NCBI GenBank assembly: GCA_951406725.2
Contig: OX597817.1
Location: forward strand, 10,850,001 to 10,914,000
Origin: Octopus vulgaris
Lineage: Eukaryota
Direction: 5' to 3'
Length of the DNA: 64,000 bases
In this document: piece by piece, positions 26,296 through 39,436 of the stretch
Layout of the letters: each line of letters opens with the position of its first letter
Numbering within the stretch: position 1 is the first letter of the stretch
Translations under genes and position numbers: made by a program
Notes under the pieces: generated by a model
What the model was told of the DNA's origin: nothing
The model's input: the letters and a program-made list of their open reading frames with translations, nothing else
The model's database searches: none

Positions 26296-26782
26296 GTGGA
26301 GAGGAGGAAAAAAAAATCCTTACTGTTCTGCCTAGTCAAGGAGAGAAAGGTAGTGCTTAGGGCCTTTCATGAAAGGAAGAGTGATGTGGCTCAAATGCTT
26401 GCAAGAGAAGGCATCCCAAGACTAAGATGTGTTAAACCAAATGCTGGGTTGTCTCCCACCCAAGAACTCAGAACTTATACTGCAAGGCATCTCATTTGGT
26501 GCACTAATAATTGTGCACTACCATAGACCAGTTCTTTACTTGATTAATCTTGAAAGGATGAAAGATAAAGCTGGCTGCAATGGAATTTAAACTTGGAGCA
26601 TACAGAACTGGAGTGAAAACGGCAAAGCAGTTTATCTTGTGCTGTGATGCCCTGCTTGAACGATGTTTACTAATAGTTATATTTAAATACACATGTACAT
26701 CCACACAGTTAAATGTATAAAATAATTCATTTAAAAATATAAATTCTCTCTGATGTTGTTTTTCAAGAATGACTTACCATAT

Positions 26783-27189
26783 AGGCGCAGGAGTGGCTGT
26801 GTGGTAAGTAGCTTGCTTACCAACCACATGGTTCCGGGTTTGGTCCCACTGCGTGGCACCTTGGGCAAGTGTCTTCTACTATAGCCTCGGGTCGACCAAA
26901 GCCTTGTGAGTGGATTTGGTAGACGGAAACTGAAAGAAGCCCATTGTATTTACGTATATATATATAAATATATGCGTGTGTGTCTGTATTTGTCCCCCTA
27001 GCATTGCTTGACAACCGATGCTGGTGTGTTTATGTCCTCGTTACTTAGCGGTTCGGCAAAAGAGACCGATAGAATAAGTACTGGGCTTACAAAAGAATAA
27101 ATCCTGGGGTCGAGTTGCTCGATTAAAGGCGGTGCTCCAGCATGGCCGCAGTCAAATGACTGAAACAAGTAAAAGAGAGTAAAAGAGTA
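26783..27189 (+). mobile_element. SINE family A (full length)
   Basis: Similarity to the other copies. Confidence 0.9.
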
Positions 27190-28103
27190 TTCCTATTGAT
27201 AGTGATGGTGAACCCTTGATATGAGTGTCAGAATTGATGCACTGTTTTCATTTGACATGCTCTGGACTGAGTAATAAAAAAAAAAAGAAAAATCCCCTAG
27301 CGATGTTAGGTTAAAGAAAGTTCATAGGCATCTACCTAAAGCGTGTGTGTGTGTGTGTGTGTGTTGAGAGAGAGAGAGAGAAAAGCTTCAATAATAGCAT
27401 TATTAAAGAAAAAAATTTCAACATCTGATTTATAAATTAAGAATCATCATCGTTTAACGTCCGCTTTCCATGCTGACTATTTAAATTTCCAAATTAAATT
27501 TATGGGTAATATTTATTACACTAAAGCCTTTTTAATCTGTTAGATTGAAGTAGTCTTTCTGCAGTTGAGTGCAAGTGTATGTAATACATATATATATATA
27601 TATATATATATAATCTTCATTAGCATCTCCTTACTTGTGCCAGTCTTGGTAAACTGCAATATTTAGTGGAGTGACTCATAGTTTTGCAACATATGGCTGC
27701 TGGTTCTATTTGTGCAGGCTGCTGTGGTTAGGTAGTGGCTTAGTGGCACTGTATAGTTACAAGCAAGGAGGGTGTGTAATGCTTGCTTTGGTGATGATAA
27801 AAATCTATGGAGACTTTCTTTGAATGTATAACATTACCTGCTGGATTACTACCTCAGAGGGAGTGGGGGAGAATGGAAGATTTTGTTTATAATAGAAATG
27901 GTTTTTTTATAATTTTTTTCATAAGGTGTGTTTGAAAAGAGTATTTTTCTTGTGCCAAATTCACAAAGGAAGAATCACTTTCAAGAATAGAGCACTGCAG
28001 TTTGTATATAGAATAGATAACCTGATGTAATACTTCTATATCTCAGGTACAAGTCTGCTTGGGTTGATTTTCTTTTTTTTTTTTTTTTTTTTTTTTTTTT
28101 ATT

Positions 28104-28512
28104 GGAGTGGCTGTGTGGTAAGTAGCTTGCTAACCAACCACATGGTTACGGGTTCAGTCCCACTGCGTAGCATCTTGGGCAAGTGTCTTCTGCTATAGCC
28201 TCGGGCCGACCAAAGCCTTGTGAGTGGATTTGGTAGACGGAAACTGAAATAAGCCTGTCGTATATATATATATATATGTATATCTGTGTATATGTTTGTG
28301 TGTCTGTGTTTGTCCCCCTAGCATTGCTTGACAACCGATGCTGGTATGTTTACGTCCCCGTCACCTAGTGGTTCGGCAAAAGAGACGGATAGAATAAGTA
28401 CTGGGCTTACAAAAGAATGTCCCGGGGTCGATTTGCTCGACTAAAGGCGGTGCTCCAGCATGGCTGCAGTCAAAATGACTGAAACAAGTGAAAGAGAAAA
28501 AGAGTAAAAGAG
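28104..28512 (+). mobile_element. SINE family A (near full length)
   Basis: Similarity to the other copies; preceded by a long T tract. Confidence 0.9.
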
Positions 28513-28838
28513 ATATACATTGCTTGAAGCAATATCACATTTCAACTGATGATGAATTACTCATTTAAATGTTGTACTTGTGCTATGCAATCAATCAACT
28601 TGAACATTTTAGGTTCAATAAGCTAATGATTTGGTGAACTTGGTCTTCTATTTTAACCACATGCTTTGCTGAAAGGTAGCATAGAAGCATTTCTGTTCCC
28701 CATCCAAAGAATGTTCACCTTTAAAAATGATTTCCTTTAACTCTCTTTGGATAGTAGGAAATGTCAGTAATATAACAAAAAGTGGATAAGACAGATACAA
28801 CCTTTTAACTTGTTGGTAATTTAGCTTTTTATAATTTA

Positions 28839-29210
28839 CTAGCAGTATCGCCCGGCGTTGCTCAGGTTTGTAAGGGAAATAACTATAAAGCATTTTTAGA
28901 GAGTTATAGTCCAAAAAATGGAAAAAAATGATGGTAAATTTTTTTGAGAGTAAAAAAGGTGGAGTTGCGTCCCCTAGACAGTTTGCGGTTTGTGTTTCTG
29001 ATTCTCGACCCCATGTCGAATTTATCGATTTTGTTCAGAACTGGGGGAACTTTTCAAAATTTTCGCTGCGTTAGTTTTGAATTATGATATTGGGCTATGT
29101 GTGTGTCACGTTTCATCAGAATCGGTTGAAAGCCGTGGTCAGGGTGAGGGTACAAGCAAATAGACACACAGAAACACGCACAGACAAACTGCCGTTTATA
29201 TAGAGAGAGA
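28839..29210 (-). mobile_element. Non-autonomous Helitron
   Basis: On the - strand: 5' TC start, subterminal GC hairpin CCTGAGCAACGCCGGG, CTAG 3' end, A|T target with no duplication; second copy at 39054-39436. Confidence 0.85.
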
Positions 29211-29541
29211 TTATTGTATAGTTTGCTCTTGTTTCCATTGGGAGTTAAACTATTCTCAAATGTATAGATTTAAATGTTGACTCTGTAGACAATCAAACTT
29301 TAATTTCTAGTTAATTTAGTGTTCCATCAATGTCCAGTTAAGTAGTCATCTTGTAATTTCCTCTTAATTGACCCTGGTACTTTATCTGGAACGCAAAATG
29401 TCTCCAGAGACTACGGTCAAGAGGGAGGAAGACACATTATATAATCTAGCTTTAACTGGAAAAAAAGATAGTCATAACTGGAAAAGCTTTGATACTCTTC
29501 ATCTCACATACTGAAAACTTATATACTTAAGCCTTTGTAAC

Positions 29542-29768
29542 TTAACCCTTTAATTACTGTATTTTGAGATGCTCAGTGTTTCTTTCAGTTACTTTAAATA
29601 TAACAAAGAATTTAGTAAAATTACTTAGTCACAATTTGTTTCTAACACTTTCTAACACCTTGATAACTAAAGTTTTATGGAAAATTTTAATTAAAACCTT
29701 ATGAAAACAAGACATTTGTACAACAGAGCCAGAGCTGGTTTCAGCCGGGTTGGTAACGAAAGGGTTAA
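29542..29768. mobile_element. MITE family E with internal inversion
   Basis: Same ends; 29624-29670 is reversed relative to other copies. Confidence 0.82.
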
Positions 29769-30752
29769 AAGATTGCTTTTGAAATATGATGTGGTGTTGT
29801 ACATATAATACACAATGACAACCATTTAAAAAAAAAAATTTGTTGTAGTCTGTTTTCCTTTTGGTTTTGGGCAGTCATTGATGCAAGGAACCTGTTTTCA
29901 AGTTTTCCTCTAAGCTCACTCAGTTATGTAAATCAAGAGAAGTATATTCTAGTGTTTTGAACTTAGCACCTTATCAGGTAGGCTGGGTTTATGGAATGTC
30001 AAATTCAGTTGCTGTGAGGAGTAGAAAACTCCCTTATGTTTTGTGCTCTTGTTCTTCTCTTCAACAACGAGTAAAAAAACAGGGTTGTTTACATTGTTTG
30101 ATTAGGAACTGAAAAAAAAAAAAAAAAAATCATGGAAATCACAACATATCTTAAAAAAAGTAATATTTTACACTTCATGTGGAACTGGAGATAACATAAA
30201 AAAACTTATTTCAGTATATCTTCTCTAGAGATGACATAGCAAGCTACATCCGGAACTAGAAATGTTACTAAAAGGAATGTGAAAAGAGAGTGAGAGAGTG
30301 AGAAAGAAACGTGATATGGGGAATTACATGATTCAAATGCTAATTTTGATTTCTAATTTATCTGACAAGTTTGATAATGCTGGCAGAAGCCATATGCAGA
30401 AAAGTTATCTGTAGTTAGAGTATATCATTTTTACGTCTGTCCCACCTCCCTTTCCATGCTGACATAAGTTGGATGGGTCACCATGGTCTGTACCAGTTCT
30501 TATTCTGAGTTAATGCCCTCCTAGATAGCTAGTATGCACTGTGACCGGCAAAGTCCACACCCTACTGTTACATGTTTTTATATATATATATATATTTATT
30601 GTGTGTAAAAAGTGCATGTTTTCTAATTTTTTTTCATGTGTTGATATGGCAAGCATCACCATAAATTCATTGAAGCCATATCACCAAACCAAATTTCTTG
30701 AAGAAGATATCTCATAGCAATATGCTTGTATTTCTTAGCAATTTTTTTACTA

Positions 30753-31163
30753 GGCGCAGGAGTGGCTGTGTGGTAAGTAGCTTGTTTACCAACCACATGG
30801 TTCCGGGTTCAATCCCACTGCGTGGCACCTTGGGCAAGTGTCTTCTACTATAGCTTCGGGCCGACCAAAGCCTTGTGAGTGGATTTGGTAGACGGAAACT
30901 GAAAGAAGCCCGTTGTATATATCTGTATATATGCATGTGTGTGTTTGTATGTCTGTGTTTGTGCCCCCAACATCGCTTGACAACCGATGCTGGTGTGTTT
31001 ATGCCCCCGTTACTTAGCGGTTCGACAAAAGAGACCGATAGAATAAGTACTGGGCTTACAAAAGAATAAGTCCCGGGGTCGAGTTGCTCGATTAAAGGCG
31101 GTGCTCCAGCATGGCCGCAGTCAAATGACTGAAACAAGTAAAAGAGAAGCAGAGTAAAGAGTA
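30753..31163 (+). mobile_element. SINE family A (full length)
   Basis: Similarity to the other copies. Confidence 0.9.
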
Positions 31164-31344
31164 TATATGTTGGTATAGTGCAATGAAATAGTGTTTTTAC
31201 AATGGGATTTTTTTCCTTTTCCAATCTTTTACATGATTTCAATTAAGTCAGTAAGGGTTTATCGAGTAACCCCACAACTTTCCTGTTCCCTTCCCTTCAT
31301 TTCTTTTCTATAGTCTGTACAGTAGTTAATAAGGATTAAATCAG

Positions 31345-31692
31345 ATGCTTCGTGGCCGTTGCCAGCGCCGCCCTGACTGGCCTCGTGCCTGTGATATGTA
31401 AAAAGCACCATCCGTTCGTGGCCGGTGCCAGCCTCGCCTAGCCCCCGTGCCAGTGGCACATAAAAAGCACCATCCGATCGTGGCCATTTGCCAGACTTGT
31501 CTGGCACCTGTGCCGGTGGCACGTAAAAAGCACCCACTACACTCATATAGTAGTTGGTGTTAGGAAGGGCATCCAGCCGTAGAAACATTGCCAGATCAAA
31601 CTGGGCCTGGTGCAGCCTTCTGGCTTCCCAGACCCCAGTTGAACCGTCCAACCCATGGAAAGCGGACGCTAAACAATGATGATGATGATGAT
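31345..31692 (+). mobile_element. Retroposon family C
   Basis: Three repeat units plus core and (GAT)n. Confidence 0.86.
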
Positions 31693-32384
31693 CCCAAAAT
31701 TAGGATTACGTTTTTGTCTGGATAGCTTTTATATTTTTCTTTGTGTCACAGAATTGTGACTGCTAGGATACTCTCTTGAAGAATTGATTATAACGACTCC
31801 ACTACTTAAAACCAGTCTTTAATTTATTGGCCTCTCTGATTCTAATCCATTCTACTTATTCTTTCATTCACTTTCTTGGAAGCACATTAGAAGTTTGAAA
31901 TTACATATCCTTGTCAAGATGTCTTTCTGTATCATGAAGCAGCAGGATATATGCTATATTTAGACTGGGATGTCAGAATAGGATTGCCTGCATGTATGTT
32001 ACTATGTTACTATTTTTGTTTCATTTTATGAATAAAGAAAAAGAAAAGCTACCAGTTCACATTCCTGTGGGTTTTAATTTGTTTATTCCTGCCCACCAAT
32101 TTTATTTCCCCTTTGATGTGGCTTAGGACCTTATTCCATTTTTACTAGGTCTACACATTATTCTTTAGCAATTGTGATTTTTTTTTTGTGATCATCTCTT
32201 GCAAGGCTGTGTGTGAGGGAGGTTTTACATAATGTCCATACTACTCATCTAATCTGAAGATCTGAGCAGATCATGAGGCCCATGAAAGCCATGTACATAC
32301 AAAAATCTTTTAGCAAGTTTGAGAAATTTAGCATAAAGATTGTAGCTCTGTTTCTTTCTCTTACCTTTTTTTTTTATGTATCCA

Positions 32385-32792
32385 CATCATCATCATCATC
32401 ATTGTTTAACGTCCATTCTCCATGCTAGCATGGGTTGGACGGTTCGACCGGGGATCTGGGAAGCCAGAAGGCTGCACCAGGCTCCAGTCTTATCTGGCAG
32501 TGTTTCTACAGCTGGATGCCCTTCCTAACGTCATCCACTCCGTGAGTGTAGTGGGTGCTTTTTAGGTGCCAGGCGAGGCTGGCAACGGTCACGGTCGGAT
32601 TGGTGTATTTTACGTGCCACCGGCACAGAAGCCAGTCGAGGTGGTACTGGCATCGACCACGATTCGGATGGTGCTTTTTACGTGCCACCGGCACAGAAGC
32701 CAGTCGAGGCGGCACTGGCATCGGCCACGATTCGGATGGTGCTTTTTACGTGCCACGGGCACAGAAGCCAGTCGAGGCGGCGCTGGCATCGA
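32385..32792 (-). mobile_element. Retroposon family C with ~69 bp near-identical tandem units
   Basis: TTTTACGTGCCACCGGCACAGAAGCCAGTCGAGG occurs three times. Confidence 0.88.
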
Positions 32793-33301
32793 TAATTCCC
32801 CAGGGTGTAACAAGGCAGTTCAAGATTGATTGGTCCTGGTAACATTGATACGTTGATAATCTGGTTCTCTGGTGGCACAATCTGTCAAGGAGTTGAATAA
32901 AAAGTCCCAAATCTGAAAATGTAGAATTCAAAGGATTGATATACAAGTTAGTAAGAGGGAACACAAAATCCTTCAGATTATACAGTGTTTTTTTTGTACT
33001 GTGTAATCAGTGCAAGCAATATGTATAAATAATGTGCAGTGGAATTTCTGACAAATAGACATGATAGGTGCATAGGCATAGCATACATTTAATGAGTAAT
33101 GCACCTGACCTGCATTGTTTGGAGCACCAGACAGTGCAGTTCATAGTTTCTGTTACCATGGTGATCTAATTAAAGCAGGAGATAGATGTATAGCAAAAGT
33201 ATAATAACAGGTGTAATAAAAGGATGGAAGAGGTGGGAGCTGTCTCTGTTAGCAACAAAAGGTTTCTTTTTGTATGAATGGATGACTAAATGTAGTCCGT
33301 G

Positions 33302-33913
33302 TTAACCCTTTCGTTACTGTATTTATTTTGAGATGCTCTGTGTTTCTTTCAATTATTTTAAATATAACAAAGAATTTAGTAAAAGAACTTAATTATCATT
33401 AAGCTAGTGTTAGGAATGTAAATTGTGACTAAGGTTTGGTGAAAGATTTTAATTCAAAACTTATGAAAACTAGACATCTTACCACAGAGCTAGGGCCGGT
33501 TTCAGCCGGGTTAGTAACGAAAGGGTTAAGCTAGTGTTAGGAATGTAAATTGTGGCTAAGGCTTGGTGGAAGATTTTAATTCAAAACTTATGAAAACAAA
33601 GACATTTGTACTACAGAGCTAGGGCCGGTTTCGGCCGGGTTAGTAATGAAAGGGTTAAGCTAGTGTTAGGAACGTAAATTGTGGCTAAGGCTTGGTGGAA
33701 GATTTTAATTCAAAACTTATGAAAACAAAACATTTGTACTACAGAGCTAGGGGCGGTTTCAGCCGGGTTAGTAACGAAAGGGTTAAGCTAGTGTTAGGAA
33801 TGTAAATTGTGGCTAAGGCTTGGTGGAAGATTTTAATTCAAAACTTATGAAAACTAGACATTTTACCACAGAGCCAGAGCCGGTTTCAGCCGGGTTAGTA
33901 ACAAATGGGTTAA
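33302..33913. repeat. MITE family E with its right half repeated in tandem (one left end, four right ends)
   Basis: Units of 127-129 bp bounded by TTAA at 33399, 33526, 33655, 33783 and 33910. Confidence 0.92.
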
Positions 33914-34392
33914 ATGTAGTAAAATGTTGGTTTCAATATGAAAGATCTACAGAAGCTAAAAAGGATTGAGAAGAGCATGACCCACTGGATGTGTAAAGTT
34001 AGTCTACCCAAGAGGTACCCTGAGTACATGTATTAGGGTATTTAATGGATCTGCTCAAGTAAGGGAAAATGCATCTCTAATACATGTGAGCATGCACGTG
34101 ACTTGCATGTATGATATGGTGAATGGAAGAGTTCCAGATCTTAGATAAAATATCAAATCTCATGATAGCAGACCTCTGGAGATGAAAGGTCAAGGCACTT
34201 TCCATATGGTGGAATCAACTTGTCAGCAGACAAAAAAGCAAAACCTGTATATGTGTATGCTTGTGTGCATACATATGTACATATAGATGTGTATGCATAT
34301 GTTCTTTGCACATACATATAACACATGCACACATACTGGTGTAGGCATGGTTCTGTCATTAAGAAGTTCGTATCTGTGTGTTTGTGTATGTA

Positions 34393-34611
34393 TACTCTTT
34401 ACTCTTTTACTTGTTTCAGTCATTTGACTGCGGCCATGCTGGAGCACTGCCTTTTTAGTCGAGCAAATCGACCCCCGGGACTTATTCTTTGTAAGCCCAG
34501 TACTTATTCTATCGGTCTCTTTTGCCGAACCGCTAAGTTACGGGGACGTAAACACACCAGCATCGGTTGTCAAGCAATACTAGGGGGACAAACACAGACA
34601 CAGACACAGAC

Positions 34612-34657
<46 letters not shown>

Positions 34658-34835
34658 ATATATACATATATATGACAGGCTTCTTTCAGTTTCCGTCTAC
34701 CAAATCCACTCACAAGGCATTGGTCAGCCCGGGGCTATAGCAGAAGACACTTGCCCAAGATGCCACGCAGTGGAACTGAACCCGGAACCATGTGGTTGGT
34801 TAGCAAGCTATTTACTACACAGCCACTCCTACGCC
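34393..34835 (-). mobile_element. SINE family A (full length)
   Basis: Similarity to the other copies; possible short TATGTATA target duplication. Confidence 0.9.
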
Positions 34836-35073
34836 TATGTATATTTTCTCTTCCTCATTGAAACCAGTATATTTTGACTAGGAATCTTCTCAGTGGCAAA
34901 GTAGTGAAAAAAAATTAAGGACTGAGCTAGAGATGTTCATTTTTCTCATTTTGTTTGTTGCTCAACTATTGACCCTTTGTATTTAATGGTCTTTTCCCAC
35001 CCCCTTCTTTTCTAAATGATCATCTTTAGCATTTAATTTTTAGAGATGTTTACAAGGATCCAAGTTCAGAAAC

Positions 35074-35318
35074 ACCAGTGCTGGCAACACATAAAAAGCA
35101 CCATTTGAGTGTGGTCGATGCCAGTGCCACCTGACTGGCCCTTGTACTGGTGGCACTTAAAAAGCACCCACTACACTCTTGGAGTAGTTGGCATTAGGAG
35201 GGGCATCCAGCTGTAGAAAACTTGCCAGGACAGATTGGAGCCTGATGCAGCCTCCTGGCTTCCCAGTCCTCAAATTGTCCAACCCACGCCAGCATGGAAA
35301 GTAGATGTTAAATAACGA
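35074..35318 (+). mobile_element. Retroposon family C, diverged
   Basis: Core GGCATTAGGAGGGGCATCCAGCTGTAG. Confidence 0.78.
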
Positions 35319-35519
35319 TTGTTTGATAAGTATAAGGGACCAAATCTGGTTGCTTTTGAACATAAAACAAGTAGAATATTTAGGCTGGATATGGACAGTT
35401 TAAATGTGAAAGGGTTTAACTTTTAACCACAGTAAAGTTTTAGCCATAATTAAATTGAAAGTTATAAGCTTTAGATTTTTTTTTTTTTAAAGGTGTGTGG
35501 TGTAGAGTGAGTTAATTGT

Positions 35520-35748
35520 TTAACCTTTTAGTGTTTAAACCGGCCAAATCCGGCCCAATATATTCTACATGTTTTATATTCAAACTGGCGATATCTAGCC
35601 TCTCACACCTAACCTACATTGACATTCTGAAAATAAACATTCACATCATTGAAACCTCAAAGCTATAAGATAATGCATGAGTAATTCAAAACAATTTGAG
35701 TGAGAAAGTATTACATTTAACAGAGTAATCTGAACACTAAAGGGTTAA
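35520..35748. mobile_element. MITE family D
   Basis: Same TIRs with one mismatch. Confidence 0.86.
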
Positions 35749-36333
35749 ACACATATCATACTGTCATTGACATCTGGGAGTGGATGCAGAGTAGATTATG
35801 CATAAACCAGTTAGAATTAGTAACATTAAAGGTAATGGTCATTGCTCTTCTGCTGAGGGCCAAAAAAAAAGAACAAACCAAACAAATGCTGACCTTCTGA
35901 ATTACAAGTATGGTCCAGTTTTCATTTAGCCAATTTAATTCTCAGTTGACTTGAGGTTGTAGAAGATACTTTTGATCCTGTTGGGGATAGAGCCCAGGGC
36001 CATATCATTGCAAAGCAAACTTGAGCATACGAATATGCCTGTACCCATCTTACACCTGATTGCACACACAGGCGTACGTGTACACACACACACACACACG
36101 CACATACATACATATGCTTGTATAACTAGATAAGGACCTTTTACAAAAAAGTAAGGAAAGTTTTTTTTTAGTGAAAAAGTTTGTGCTAAGCTGGGAGGTG
36201 TGATAAGTAACTGAGTAGACATGTGGAGAGGGACCAATTGATAACAACTCTTAAGTAAATATAAGTAAACTAATCTGCTAACAGTTATTTTGGAGTCGAG
36301 AATAGGTCAAAGGAACTAAGTAAAGTTGGAATT

Positions 36334-36368
<35 letters not shown>

Positions 36369-37047
36369 GCCTGCTTACATTTTTAATACACCTCCCTTCC
36401 TGTCTCATTGGTGCATTATGACATCTTTATGGTTGTCTGGAGATCGGCTATAAAGATGATGTCATGGTCGTAAACTGGTATTGAACTAAATAAAATCTAC
36501 TTCAAGCATCTCCAACAGCTTTTTGTACCGGTCTGCATTATGGATATCCACTTGTATACAGGGAATGTATATCAAGGTTGTACGATTCAACACATTCAAC
36601 TTCAGTGTATTCATAGAATGCCATCGTTTTGGGAAAGTGTAAATTTTTTTCGGAATTTTATGTTCAGAGATAGTAACTGTTGCTCTATATAATCCATGAG
36701 AGCAGCAATGACTGTTGGGGTAAGAAATTCACTTTGCAATTATGCTGTTCTGGGTTCAGTTCTGCTCTTTTCCCCCTTTTGCTAGGTGTTTTCTACAGCT
36801 TCAGGTTGACCAAAATGAAATTTGGTAGATATACTGGAGCCCCCTATTGTTTGGAGGTAGACTTTGTCTATTGCTTGTTTTAACGTGATCACTTGAGCCC
36901 TTAGAAGCTTTTTAATAGTCCTTTTTGTTGCAAATATTCAGGTCAGGTCTTCAGTCTAAAGTAAATTGCTATTTCTCTCACTAGCTCTGGAGGTCCTGAT
37001 ATGATCATGGGTACTGTCACTCCTCCTTAGACTAAGACAAAAGTATA

Positions 37048-37278
37048 TATTTCTTTACTACCCGCAAGGGGCTAAACATAGAGGGGACAAACAAGGACAG
37101 ACAAACGGATTAAGCCAATTACATCGACCCCAGTGCGAAACTGGTACTTTATTTATCGACCCCGAAAGGATGGAAGACAAAGTCGACCTCGGCGGAATTT
37201 GAACTCAGAACGTAACGACAGATAAAATACCGCTAAGCATTTCGCCTGGCGTGCTAACGTTTCTGCCAGCTCGCCGCC
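37048..37278 (-). mobile_element. SINE family B (full length)
   Basis: tRNA-like head with GAGTTCAAATTCC. Its central GCCTTTCATCCTTTCGGGGTCGATAAA block resembles, from memory, a conserved central SINE domain (Meta-type); unverified. Confidence 0.88.
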
Positions 37279-38362
37279 GAAGACAAAAGTTTACACAAAC
37301 GTTCAGACTTGTTTGTGCATACACATGCATGCAGAGAAACGCACAATCCTGAATGGTGTGTAAATGTAGCTAATACAAAGATAAAAAACTTTTAGAAATT
37401 ACAACACTGCATAAAAGATGTCCTAACAAGCAAAACTGTATGTAAACACAAGTATCACTTTGAGCAACTTGAAGAAACCATATAACTGGTATGCAGCCAA
37501 CTCATTTATTGCAAGTTATGCCATTCCAGTCTGTCCTTCCAATTCTTTTTCAACAAATACAAGGTCAGATACTTTGCAGAATCCAGGTGTGTGTAGCTGC
37601 CGACGAAATTGGACACAAATTCTTATGAAAATGGAAGCCCATCTGAGCATGTGAAAAGCACAATCCAAATCTGTACCAAAACCTGAATTTTGCAGCATTT
37701 GTCCCTTCATATTAGATCATTCTCAAAACACTTATGAATGCATACAATACCATCTTAAGAACATTATCATGTCTATCCAATAAACACAAAACCTACCAAA
37801 ATAGCTGTACCAGTCCCCAAACACAATATTGGGATGAGTGCTATCAGTGGCCAGCAATAAGATGTGCAGGCGTACAAACAGGGGAGGCCTCTGTATAGTT
37901 GATGGACTTGCTTGAATGAAATACCAGCCACTTTCCCTCAAACCACACACACTGGTGTTTTAAAACAAACAGGATTCATTAGTCAGTGTTTTTTAAAACT
38001 AAAAGAGCAAACTCAAACTGTTCAACTTGCAATGTTTTGATGTGTGGGACACAATGTTGCATGTCAATAAGCAGTGTGGACCTCATTGATAATGGGCATC
38101 TGGTGTTTTGGATTGACAAATTACCCCTATATATTTGATGAGCAGCCCACATGCTATAAGTTTGTTCAGGTCGGGCTGTTGGCTTGAAGCTGCAGAAGGC
38201 AGCAATGATTTAAAACCACTTATTGTAGGCAGAGTAGCACTCTTGTTAGTGATACCTGTTACATTTAAGATTGTTGAAGGGACTTATTCAGAATATGAGT
38301 ACGGAACTAAAGCATATAGCTCGGTACTCTATTTATTCCACTCTGTCCTCTCAATAATATAT

Positions 38363-38603
38363 CCGGTGGCACGTAAAAAGCACCATCCGTCCGTGGCCGT
38401 TTGCCAACTCCGTCTGGCATCTGTGCGGGTGGCACGTAAAAAGCACCCACTACACTCACGGAGTGGTTGGCGTTAGGAAGGGCATCCAGCCGTAGAAACA
38501 CTGCCAGATCAGACTGGGCCTGGTGCAGCCATCTGGCTTCCCAGACCCCAGTTGAACCGTCCAACCCATGCTAGCATGGAATGCGGATGCTAAATGATGA
38601 TGA
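38363..38603 (+). mobile_element. Retroposon family C
   Basis: Two units plus core and tail. Confidence 0.87.
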
Positions 38604-38633
38604 TTTCCCTAAACTACATCTACTTGGATTTTT

Positions 38634-39041
38634 GAGCTGGCAGAATTGTTAGAATGCCGGGTGAAATGCTTAGCGGTATTTCGTCTGTTACATTCTGAGT
38701 TCAAATTCCGCCGAGGTCGGCTTTGCCTTTCATCCTTTCGGGGTCGATTAAATAAGCACCAGTTACGCACTGGGGTCGATGTAATCGACTTAATCTGTGT
38801 GTCTGTCCTTGTTTGACCTCTCTGTGTTTAGCCCCTTGTGGGTAGTAAAGAAATGGGTATGTCGTCTGCCGCTACGTCCTGAGTTCAAATACCCCTGAGG
38901 ACGACTTTGCCTTTCATTCTTTCGCGGTCGATTAAATATGTACCAGTTACGCACTGGGGTCGATGTAATCGACTAAATCCATTTGTCTGTCCTTGTTTGT
39001 CCCCTCTGTGTTTAGCCCCTTGTGGGTAGTAAAGGAATAGG
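38634..39041 (+). mobile_element. SINE family B, full copy followed by a tandem head-less copy
   Basis: ~38675-38858 is repeated at ~38856-39041. Confidence 0.88.
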
Positions 39042-39053
39042 ATTTTACCACTA

Positions 39054-39436
39054 TCTCTCTCTATATAAACGGCAGTTTGTCTGTGCGTGTTTCTGTGTGT
39101 CTGTTTGGTTGTACCCTCACTCTGACCACGGCTTTCAACCGATTCTGATGAAACTTGACACACACATAGCCCAATGTCATAATTCAAAACTAACGCAGCG
39201 AAAATTTTGGAAAGTTCCCCCAGTTCTGAAAAAGATCGATAAATTCGACATGGGGTCGACAATCAGAAACACAAACCGCAGATGGTGTAGGGGACGCAAC
39301 TCGGCCTTTTTAACTACCAAAAAAATTTACCATCATTTTTTTCCCATTTTTTTGCTATTTTTTGGCTATAACTCTCTAAAAGTGCTTTATAGTTATTTCC
39401 CTTACAAACCTGAGCAACGCCGGGCGATACTGCTAG
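39054..39436 (+). mobile_element. Non-autonomous Helitron
   Basis: A|TCTCTCTCTATATAAACGG...CCTGAGCAACGCCGGGCGATACTGCTAG|T. Confidence 0.87.

Noticed and set aside
26783-26860. tRNA genes at SINE heads
   Set aside because: A- and B-box-like motifs are present, but there is no complete cloverleaf and each continues into the SINE body.
37460-37950. Cluster of short ORFs on both strands
   Set aside because: No recognisable domain, inconsistent strands and no convincing splice sites; possibly decayed TE sequence.
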